A stretch of DNA of 33,205 bases from Nemertoderma westbladi (Eukaryota; Animalia; Xenacoelomorpha), in the NCBI GenBank assembly GCA_032718475.1, contig JAUCBJ010007256.1, positions 1 through 33,205 on the forward strand, written 5' to 3'. Positions 22,109 to 33,205 of this stretch are shown here, one piece after another; position 1 is the first letter of the stretch; every line of letters begins with the position of its first letter. The notes under the pieces are model-generated. The model was given only the letters and a program-made list of their open reading frames with translations, was not told the origin of the DNA and made no database searches. Made by a program: the position numbers and the translations under genes.

Positions 22109-22719
22109 TAATAGTTAATTGGAAACTTAAGGTCGATTATTTAGAGCAGCAGTAGTTCCCGTACTCCTCTATGGGAGTTCATGCTGGGCTCTAACTGCTG
22201 AGGACACCAAATCTCTGGATGGCACATTCACAAGAATGCTCCCTTTCCGTTCTTTTTCGTTCCTCCCCTTGCCGGGTTCATTGTGTTAAGTACAATGCAC
22301 ACATCTAAACCAGACACTATATAACATTGGAGGTGTCTCATTGGTTCACCCAGGCCTGATACTAGAACAATGTAGCCTCCGCTTTGCAGGACATTGCTTT
22401 CGCCGTGAGGAACAGCCAGTGCATAATCTTGTACTTTGGCAGCCTCATGGAGTGAATAAGCATGGTGGACAGCCCATGATTTTCTTGAGACACATCTTAA
22501 AGGACACTGGCCTTGAACATGCGGATGATCTAGCAAATGTCATGGGTGATAGGGAGTTGTGGAGGCGCAATTTTGTCGACAAGCCGGGACAGCATTCTTA
22601 AAAATGCAGCTGCAATGCAGCATGCCGATCCTAGTAGTAGTAGTAGTAGTATTTAATTATCATTATAATAACAATTGTACAACTGGCGGAATTTTCTCTA
22701 ATAGTTAGTAGTAGTAGTA
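22109..22719 (+). mobile_element. RTE-clade LINE 3' fragment (intronic)
   Basis: LFRAAVVPVLLYGSSCWALT...LDGTFTRML and LRFAGHCFRREEQPVHNLVLWQP...MGDRELWR. (TAG)n tails at about 22632 and 22706. Candidate 13-bp TSD AAAACAATAGTTT at 22096-22108 and 22720-22732. Confidence 0.85.
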
Positions 22720-22880
22720 AAAACAATAGTTTGTTTAAAATATCTATTAATGGATCGTTTCAAAGCTTTTTTGATTGATTGATTGATTGATTGGTGAGCT
22801 CGTACTGTATATTTGATTAATAATATACAGTACTAAGTGAAACCGCACCATGTAAATAAGCTGGTATCAATGTACAGATA

Positions 22881-24400
22881 TTATTATTATTATTATTACT
22901 TTTATTTAATCAGGCCGTAGCCCATTGTACATACAAATATCACAACAATATGGTTATTACAAATAATTAATTACGTTAATAGTGTGTTCCAACGGTCCCG
23001 AAGGACTGAGTCAGAGCAACCATTATAACAAGCAGAAATAAGAGAATGATTAGACTTCGATATACGATACAACAAAGAGTAAATTAGTACCTGGAGTGTA
23101 TATACTCATGTATTTATATACTCGTAAAGGTATTAACGCGACTTAGGACAAACATAGTGTTGTCATCATCGTCTTTTCTACTATATTTAAATAGCAATCT
23201 AAAACCCATATTAAATTAAACTTTTACTTTTACTTTATGCAAAGATTCCACCCGAAATACCGACCATAGGGAAGCACAATATAGACTGTAACAATAACAT
23301 TTAAACAAAGTATACTTTATAGAATTCGTACAGTTTGAAAATTATCTTGTAAGTTGATTGCTGCGGCAATACAGATAACATTTTGTACGTTTCATATCAG
23401 CTTCATCAGAAAGGTTACATGAGAGCACATGACCTAGATATGTAAATTCTAGAACACAGTTCTGACCACCGGTCCTACCTATTTGAAACGGAAAGAAATT
23501 TAAATATTTGGATTTAGATGGGTTAAAGATAATATCATGTTCAATACCATATTTTTCACAAATTCTGAGAAGCAGTCATAATCCCTGAACCCTTTCGCTA
23601 CCATGGCACATACGTCTGTTCCATGGGTAGAGCGCCATGACACACACGTCCGTTCCATGACATTCATTCGATTTATAAGAAGGGAAAATGTTGCTGGACT
23701 CTTAAGTACATAAGTTTTATAAACTTCCATAGCGAGAATTTTAATTAGCTAATGTGATTCCTTATATTTTTGACGTACAGACTGACCGACAGACAGACCG
23801 ACAGACAGACCGACAGACAGTCTGGATAGGGTCAAAAGTGAAAACTCACAGCGAAAATGAAATCCTTGACCTGGAAAACTCCCATAGCGAAAATTTTAAT
23901 TAGCTAATGTGATTCCTTATATTTTTGACGGACAGACTGACCGACAGACAGACCGACAGACAGTCTGGATAGGGTCAAAAGTGAAAACTGAGAGCGAAAA
24001 TGAAATCCTTGACCAGTAAAACCCCATAGCAAGAATTTTAATTAGCTAATGGGATTCCTTGTATTTTTGACCGACAGACTGACATACAGACCGACAGACA
24101 ATCTGGATAGGGTCAAAAGTGAAAACTGACAGCGGAAATGAAATCCTTGATCAGGAAAACCCATATAGTGAGAATGTTAGTAGATTTTATTATTTCTAAA
24201 GTCTTCGCAAACAAACCGACAGAAAGACTTCAGAAATTAATGAATTAGAATTGGTCATTTGGGGATTTGAATAATTTCCAGTTAGGTACTGAAAGGTGAA
24301 CACTGGGAGATAATAAGCAAATGTCATCCGCATAAAATAAATGATAAATTATCAGATTATAAACTGAACAACCGACTTTAATCTTACTTAGTTCTTACTT
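22881..24400 (-). mobile_element. Degenerate 5'-truncated non-LTR retrotransposon split by a DNA transposon
   Basis: VGCSVYNLIIYHLFYADDICLLSPSV (YADD at 24323-24334) resumes after the insertion as QGL*LLLRICEKYGIEHDIIFNPSKSK...FTYLGH...LFKCYCYSLYCASLW. (AAT)n tail at about 22881-22897. Confidence 0.88.
23590..24296. mobile_element. piggyBac-like non-autonomous element with internal ~140-155 bp tandem repeats
   Basis: Ends CCCTTTCGCTACC / GGTACTGAAAGG, TGAA duplicated on both sides; removing it restores the LINE frame. Three full repeats plus a partial one containing (GACA)n. Confidence 0.8.
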
Positions 24401-24697
24401 AGAGGATATATGGGATGTAACTGTTGATCAGTTATTTGCAACCAGTTGCCTCCCAACTGCCATTTGTTATAATATTAAATTACTCATTCACCCAAAATAA
24501 AAAAATCAAATTTATGTTTAGAATGAATAAGGCCTTTTCTTTCTTTTCAAATCAACCCACCATACATCTAGCTTCAAACAAACCTAATTAACTGTTATTG
24601 AACATGTTGTCAATTGTTTGTCTGTCGGTGCAAGAATAATAGTTGATTATTTATTATTATGAATGGTTAAATGAATTACAAAATATCAAAAACATAC

Positions 24698-24983
24698 CCC
24701 TGAGAGCTGTAAATCTTCCAAGAATATAGCAAATCCCTCTAGATTGGGGGATCTGACTATATCCATAATACTGTCCGCTTTTTCTGGCAACTCTACTGGA
24801 TATTCCAGGTGAACTGGGTCAAGTTTAGAAATTATGGTAGGTACATGGGTTATTTCCCCCCCACGGTACCCTGGCTCTAAAATAGCGACGAATTTGCCAG
24901 CGCCAATTCCATCTGTAAACAGTCGTTCGGCGTCTGAGTGATACTGCTGTACCATAACGAATGTGGCTTTAGATGATAAATCC
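24698..24983 (-). CDS. Uncharacterised spliced gene, internal exon A
   Basis: TTTTTAG| acceptor and GGG|GTATGT donor. Open frame DLSSKATFVMV...GIGAGKFVAILEPGYRGG...EDLQLSG; phase-0 end. Confidence 0.8.
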
Positions 24984-25163
24984 CTAAAAATAATAAAAAA
25001 ATTATACAATACCAATTATATGGAAAATGTATTACTACTAATTTATTGTATATATGCATCATACATACGTCAATATTTATTTATATTAGTAAACAATGTC
25101 AGATTTAAAATAATAAAGTGCATAGTTTTGTTACATCTGTATGATTAAAACTTATGTTTAGTT

Positions 25164-28100
25164 ACGCAGCTGACTCAACTATCTTGGAAGCACGCAGATT
25201 CACTCACTGAACTACCTTGGAAGCACGCAGATTCAACTGACTCAACTACCTTGGAAGCACGCAGATTCAACTGACTCAACAGCCTTGGAAGCACGCAGAT
25301 TTAACTCACTGAACTACCTTGGAAGCACGCAGATTCAACTCACTGAACTACCTTCTCAACTCCCTTGGAAGCACGCAGATTCAACTCACTCCACTACCTT
25401 GGAAGCACGCAGATTCAACTGACTCAACTACCTTGGAAACACGCAGATTCAACTGACTCAACTACCTTGGAAGCACGCAGATTCAACTTACTCAACTACT
25501 GCCTTGGAAGCACGCAGATTCAACTGACTCAACAGCCTTGGAAGCACGCAGATTCAACTGACTGAACTACCTTAGAAGCACGCAGATTCAACTGACTCAA
25601 CTACATTGGAAGCACGCAGATTCATCTGACTCAACTACATTGGAAGCACGCAGATTCAACTGACCCAACTACCTTGGAAGCACGCAGATTCAACTGACTC
25701 AACTAGTGCCTTGGAAGCACGCATATTCAACTGACTCAACTACCTTGGAAGCACGTAGATTCAACTGACTCAATTACATGGAAGCACGCAGATGCAACTG
25801 ACTCAACTGCCTTGGAAGCACACAGATTCAACTGACTGAACTACCTTGGAAGCACGCAGATGAAACTGACTCAACTACCTTGGAAGCACGCAGATTCAAC
25901 TGACTCAACTACATTGTAAGCACGCAGATTCAACTGACTCAACTACCTTGGAAGCACGCAGATTCAACTGACTCAACTACCTTGGAAGCACGCAGATTCA
26001 ACTCACTGAACTACCTAGGAAGCACGCAGATTCAACTGACTCAACTAGTGCCTTGGAAGCACGCAGATTCAACTCATCGAACAACCTTGGAAGCACGCAG
26101 GTTCAACTGACTCAACTACCTTGGAAGCACGCAGATTCACTCACTGAACAACCTTGGAAGTACGCAGATTCAACTGACTCAGATACCATGGAAGCACGCA
26201 GATTCAACTCACTGAACAACATTGGAAGCACGCAGATTCAACTGACTCAACTGCCTTGGAAGCACGCAGATTAAACTGACTCAACTACCTTGGAAGCACG
26301 CAGATTCAACTCACTGAACTACCTTGGAAGCACGCAGATTCACCTGACTCCACTACATTGTAAGCACGCAGAATCAACTGACTCAACTGCCTTGGAGGCA
26401 CGCAAATTCAACTGACTCAACTAACTTGGAAGCACGCAGATTCAACTGACTCAACTGTCTTGGAATCACGGTGATTCAACTGACTCAACTGCCTTGGAAG
26501 CACGCAGGTTCAACTGACTGAAATACCTTTGAAGAACGCATATTCAACTCACTGAACTACCTTGGAAACACGCAGATTCAACTGACTCAACTACCTTGGA
26601 AGCACGCAGATTTAACTGACTCATCTACCATGGAAGCACGCAGATTCAACTCACTGAACTACCTAGGAAGCAAGCAGATTCAACTGACTCAACTACCTTG
26701 GAAACACGCAGATTCAACTGACTCAACTACCTTGGAAGCACGCAGATTCAACTGACTCAACTGCCTTGGAAGCATGCAGATTCAACTGACTCAACTACCT
26801 TGGAAGCACGTAGATTCAACTGACTCAACTACCTAGGAAGCACGCAAATTCAACTAACTCAAATACCTTGGAAGCATGCAGACTCAACTCACTGAACTAC
26901 CTTGGAAGCACGCAGACTCAACTGACTCAACTACCTTGCAAGCATGCAGATTCAACTGACTCAACTAAATGGAAGCAAGCAGATTCAACTGACTCAACTA
27001 CCTTGGAAACACGCAGATTCAACTGACTCAACTACCTTGGAAGCACGCAGATTCAACTGACTCAACTGCCTTGGAAGCACGCAGATTCAACTGACTCAAG
27101 TACCATGGAAGCACGCAGATTCAACTCACTGAACTACCTAGGAAGCACGCAGATACAACCGACTGAACTACCTTGGAAGCACGCAGATTCAACTCACTGA
27201 ACAACCTTGGAAGCACGCAGGTTCAACTGACTCAACTACCTTGGAAGCACGCAGATTCAACTCACTGAACAACCTTGGAAGCACGCAGATTCAACTGACT
27301 CAACTACCTTGGAAGCACGCAGATACAACCGACTGAACTACCTTGGAAGCACGCAGATTCAACTCACTGAACAACCTTGGAAGCACGCAGGTTCAACTGA
27401 CTCAACTACCTTGGAAGCACGCAGATTCAACTCACTGAACAACCTTGGAAGTACGCAGGTTCAACTGACTGAAATACCTTTGAAGAACGCATATTCAACT
27501 CACTGAACTACCTTGGAAACACGCAGATTCAATTGACTCAACTACCTTGGAAGCACGCAGATTTAACTGACTCATCTACCATGGAAGCACGCAGATTAAA
27601 CTCACTGAACTACCTAGGAAGCAAGCAGATTCAACTGACTCAACTACCTTGGAAACACGCAGATTCAACTGACTCAACTACCTTGGAAGCACGCAGATTC
27701 AACTGACTCAACTGCCTTGGAAGCATGCAGATTCAACTGACTCAACTACCTTGGAAGCACGTAGATTCAACTGACTCAACTACCTAGGAAGCACGCAAAT
27801 TCAACTAACTCAAATACCTTGGAAGCATGCAGACTCAACTCACTGAACTACCTTGGAAGCACGCAGACTCAACTGACTCAACTACTTTGCAAGCATGCAG
27901 ATTCAACTGACTCAACTAAATGGAAGCAAGCAGATTCAACTGACTCAACTACCTTGGAAACACGCAGATTCAACTGACTCAACTACCTTGGAAGCACGCA
28001 GATTCAACTGACTCAACTGCCTTGGAAGCACGCAGATACAACCGACTGAACTACCTTGGAAGCACGCAGATTCAACTCACTGAACAACCTTGGAAGCACG

Positions 28101-31100
28101 CAGGTTCAACTGACTCAACTACCTTGGAAGCACGCAGATTCAACTCACTGAACAACATTGGAAACACGCAGATTCAACTGACTCAACTACCTTGGAAACA
28201 CGCAGATTCAACTGACTCAACTACATTGGAAGCACGCAGATTCAACTGACTCAACTGCCTTGGAAGCACGCAGATACAACCGACTGAACTACCTTGGAAG
28301 CACGCAGATTCAACTCACTGAACAACCTTGGAAGTACGCAGATTCAACTGACTCAGATACCATGGAAGCACGCAGATTCAACTCACTGAACAACATTGGA
28401 AACACGCAGATTCAACTGACTCAACTGCCTTGGAAGCACGCAGATTAAACTGACTCAACTACCTTGGAAGCACGCAGATTCAACTCACTGAACAACCTTG
28501 GAAGCAAGCAGATTCAACTGACTCAAGTACCAATGAAGCACGCAGATTCAACTCACTGAACAACATTGGAAGCACGCAGATTCAACTGACTCAACTGCCT
28601 TGGAAGCACGCAGATTCAACCGACTCAACTACCTTGGAAGCACGCAGATTCAACTTACTGAACTACCTTGGAAACACGCAGATTCAACTGACTCAACTGC
28701 CTTGGAAACACGCAGATTCAACTGACTCAACTATCTTGGAAGCACGCAGATTCAACTGACTCAACTACCTTGGAAACACGCAGATTCAACTGACTCAACT
28801 ACCTTGGAAGCACGTAGATTCAACTGACTCAACTACCTAGGAAGCACGCAGATTCAACTAACTCAAATACCTTGGAAGCATGCAGATTCAACTCACTGAA
28901 CTACCTTGGAAGCACGCAGACTCAACTGACTCAACTACCTTGGAAGCATGCAGATTCAACTGACTCAACTACCTTGGAAGCAAGCAGATTCAACTGACTC
29001 AACTACCTTGAAAACACGCAGTTTCAACTGACTCAACTACCTTGGAAGCACGCAGATTCAACTGACTCAACTGCCTTGGAAGCACGCAGATTCAACTGAC
29101 TCATCTACATTGGAAGCACGCAGATTCATCTGACTCAATTACCTTGGAAACACGCAGATTAAACTGACTCAACTGCCTTGGAAGCACGCAGATTCAACTG
29201 ACTCAACTACCTTGGAAGCACGCAGATTCAACTGACTCAACTACCTTGGAAGCACGCAGATTCAACTCACTGAACTACCGCGGAAGCACGCAGATTAAAC
29301 TGACTCAACTACCGTGGAAGCACGCAGATTCAACTCACTGAACTACCTTGGAAGCACGCAGATTCAACTGACTCATCTACATTGGAAGCACGCAGATTCA
29401 TCTGACTCAATTACCTTGGAAACACGCAGATTAAACTGACTCAACTGCCTTGGAAGCACGCAGATTCAACTGACTCAACTACCTTTGAAACACGCAGATT
29501 CAACTGACTCAACTGCCTTAAAAGCACGCAGATTCAACTGACTCAAATACCTTGGAAGCACGCAGATTCAACTGACTCAACTACCTTGGAAGCACGCAGA
29601 TTCAACTAACTGAACTACCGTAGAAGCACGCAGATTCAACTGACTCAACTACCTTGGAAACACGCAGATTAAACTGACTCAACTACCTTGGAAGCTCGCA
29701 GATTAAACTGACTCAACTGCCTTGGAAGCACGCAGATTCCACTGACTCAACTACCTTGGAAACACGCAGATTAAACTGACTCAACTACCTTGGAAGCTCG
29801 CAGATTAAACTGACTCAACTGCCTTGAAAGCACGCAGATTCCACTGACTCAACTACCTTGGAAGCACGCAGATTCAACTGACTCAACTACCTTGGAAGCA
29901 CGCAGATTCAACTGACTCAACTACCTTGGAAGCACGCAGATTCAACTGACTCAACTACCTTGGAAACACGCATATTCAACTCACTGAACTACCGTAGAAG
30001 CACGCAAATTCAACTGACTCAACTACCTTGGAAGCACGCAGATTCAACTGACTCAACTACCTTGGAAGCACGCAGATTCAACTGACTCAACTACATTGGA
30101 AGCACGCAGATTCAACTGACTCAACTACCTTGAAAGCACGCAGATTCAACTGAATCAACTCCCTTAGAAGCACGCAGATTCAACTGACTCAACTACCTTG
30201 GAAGCACGCAGATTCAACTGACTCAACTACCTTGGAAGCACTCAGATTCAACTGACTCAACTACCTTGGAAGCACGCAGATCCAACGGACTCAACTACAT
30301 GGAAGCACGCAGGCTCAACTTACTGAACGACCTTGGTAGCACGCAGATTCAACTCACTAAACAACCTAGGAAGCACGCAGATTCAACTGACTCAAGTAAG
30401 TATCTTGGAAGCACACAGAGATTCAACTCACTGAACAACATTGGAAGCACGCAGATTCAACTGACTCAACTGCCTTGGAAGCACGCAGATTCAACGGACT
30501 CAACTACATGGAAGCACGCAGGCTCAACTTACTGAACGACCTTGGTAGCACGCAGATTCAACTCACTAAACAACCTAGGAAGCACGCAGATTCAACTGAC
30601 TCAAGTAAGTATCTTGGAAGCACACAGAGATTCAACTCACTGAACAACATTGGAAGCACGCAGATTCAACTGACTCAACTACCTTGGAAGCACGCAGATC
30701 CAACGGACTCAACTACATGGAAGCACGCAGGCTCAACTTACTGAACGACCTTGGTAGCACGCAGATTCAACTCACTAAACAACCTAGGAAGCACGCAGAT
30801 TCAACTGACTCAAGTAAGTATCTTGGAAGCACACAGAGATTCAACTCACTGAACAACATTGGAAGCACGCAGATTCAACTGACTCAACTGCCTTGGAAGC
30901 ACGCAGATTCAACCGACTGAACTACCTTGGAAGCACGCAGATTCAACTGACTCAACTACCTTGGAAACACGCAGATTCAACTGACTCAACTACCTTGGAA
31001 GCACGTAGATTCAACTGACTCAACTACCTAGGAAGCACGCAGATTCAACTAACTCAAATACCTTGGAAGCATGCAGATTCAACTCACTGAACTACCTTGG

Positions 31101-33205
31101 AAGCACGCAGACTCAACTGACTCAACTACCTTGGAAGCATGCAGATTCAACTGACTCAACTACCTTGGAAGCAAGCAGATTCAACTGACTCAACTACCTT
31201 GAAAACACGCAGTTTCAACTGACTCAACTACCTTGGAAGCACGCAGATTCAACTGACTCAACTGCCTTGGAAGCACGCAGATTCAACTGACTCATCTACA
31301 TTGGAAGCACGCAGATTCATCTGACTCAATTACCTTGGAAACACGCAGATTAAACTGACTCAACTGCCTTGGAAGCACGCAGATTCAACTGACTCAACTA
31401 CCTTGGAAGCACGCAGATTCAACTGACTCAACTACCTTGGAAGCACGCAGATTCAACTCACTGAACTACCGCGGAAGCACGCAGATTAAACTGACTCAAC
31501 TACCGTGGAAGCACGCAGATTCAACTCACTGAACTACCTTGGAAGCACGCAGATTCAACTGACTCATCTACATTGGAAGCACGCAGATTCATCTGACTCA
31601 ATTACCTTGGAAACACGCAGATTAAACTGACTCAACTGCCTTGGAAGCACGCAGATTCAACTGACTCAACTACCTTTGAAACACGCAGATTCAACTGACT
31701 CAACTGCCTTAAAAGCACGCAGATTCAACTGACTCAAATACCTTGGAAGCACGCAGATTCAACTGACTCAACTACCTTGGAAGCACGCAGATTCAACTAA
31801 CTGAACTACCGTAGAAGCACGCAGATTCAACTGACTCAACTACCTTGGAAACACGCAGATTAAACTGACTCAACTACCTTGGAAGCTCGCAGATTAAACT
31901 GACTCAACTGCCTTGGAAGCACGCAGATTCCACTGACTCAACTACCTTGGAAACACGCAGATTAAACTGACTCAACTACCTTGGAAGCTCGCAGATTAAA
32001 CTGACTCAACTGCCTTGAAAGCACGCAGATTCCACTGACTCAACTACCTTGGAAGCACGCAGATTCAACTGACTCAACTACCTTGGAAGCACGCAGATTC
32101 AACTGACTCAACTACCTTGGAAGCACGCAGATTCAACTGACTCAACTACCTTGGAAACACGCATATTCAACTCACTGAACTACCGTAGAAGCACGCAAAT
32201 TCAACTGACTCAACTACCTTGGAAGCACGCAGATTCAACTGACTCAACTACCTTGGAAGCACGCAGATTCAACTGACTCAACTACATTGGAAGCACGCAG
32301 ATTCAACTGACTCAACTACCTTGAAAGCACGCAGATTCAACTGAATCAACTCCCTTAGAAGCACGCAGATTCAACTGACTCAACTACCTTGGAAGCACGC
32401 AGATTCAACTGACTCAACTACCTTGGAAGCACTCAGATTCAACTGACTCAACTACCTTGGAAGCACGCAGATCCAACGGACTCAACTACATGGAAGCACG
32501 CAGGCTCAACTTACTGAACGACCTTGGTAGCACGCAGATTCAACTCACTAAACAACCTAGGAAGCACGCAGATTCAACTGACTCAAGTAAGTATCTTGGA
32601 AGCACACAGAGATTCAACTCACTGAACAACATTGGAAGCACGCAGATTCAACTGACTCAACTGCCTTGGAAGCACGCAGATTCAACGGACTCAACTACAT
32701 GGAAGCACGCAGGCTCAACTTACTGAACGACCTTGGTAGCACGCAGATTCAACTCACTAAACAACCTAGGAAGCACGCAGATTCAACTGACTCAAGTACG
32801 TATCTTGGAAGCACGCAGAGATTCAACTCACTGAACAACATTGGAAGCACGCAGATTCAACTGACTCAACTACCTTGGAAGCACGCAGATCCAACGGACT
32901 CAACTACATGGAAGCACGCAGGCTCAACTTACTGAACGACCTTGGTAGCACGCAGATTCAACTCACTAAACAACCTAGGAAGCACGCAGATTCAACTGAC
33001 TCAAGTAAGTATCTTGGAAGCACACAGAGATTCAACTCACTGAACAACATTGGAAGCACGCAGATTCAACTGACTCAACTGCCTTGGAAGCACGCAGATT
33101 CAACCGACTGCAACTACCTTGGAAGCACGCAGATTCAACTGACTCAACTACCTTGGAAACACGCAGATTCAACTGACTCAACTACCTTGGAAGCACGCAG
33201 ATTCA
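25164..33205. repeat. 34-bp satellite array TTCAACTGACTCAACTACCTTGGAAGCACGCAGA, >8 kb, runs off the window end
   Basis: About 235 contiguous units with no unique spacers. Higher-order periods of 209, about 951 and 2191 bp. Confidence 0.99.

Noticed and set aside
3953-24334. Both nested insertions fall within about 8 codons of an RT FADD/YADD motif
   Set aside because: Only two events, by unrelated elements, into probably already dead LINEs; most likely coincidence.
25164-33205. CRISPR array or repetitive protein genes (MEARR... ORFs)
   Set aside because: Units are contiguous with no unique spacers, there are no cas genes and the context is eukaryotic. The 34-bp period is not a multiple of 3 and the frames are broken by frequent stops.

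Overview
AT-rich, spliceosomal-intron-containing eukaryotic DNA, most likely from an invertebrate animal; there is no prokaryotic operon or CRISPR array. All four host-type genes are on the minus strand: the 5' exons of isovaleryl-CoA dehydrogenase (1-1764), an intronless Oxa1/COX18-family mitochondrial insertase (8663-9847), an intronless orphan TM + coiled-coil ORF (13344-14042), and three in-phase exons of an unrecognised Cys-motif protein (20237-24983) whose 5' part must lie in or beyond an >8 kb 34-bp satellite with higher-order structure (25164-end). The rest is layered mobile DNA: an RTE LINE with a 34-35 bp TSD split by an internally deleted CsRn1-type Gypsy LTR element, further LINE remnants (one split by a piggyBac-like element), several MITEs including a perfect 56-bp palindrome with an 8-bp TSD, tRNA-like SINE heads, a 17-bp minisatellite, and many TA-NNN-TA motifs that look like transposon excision footprints. 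All family assignments come from reading motifs by eye, not from database searches.
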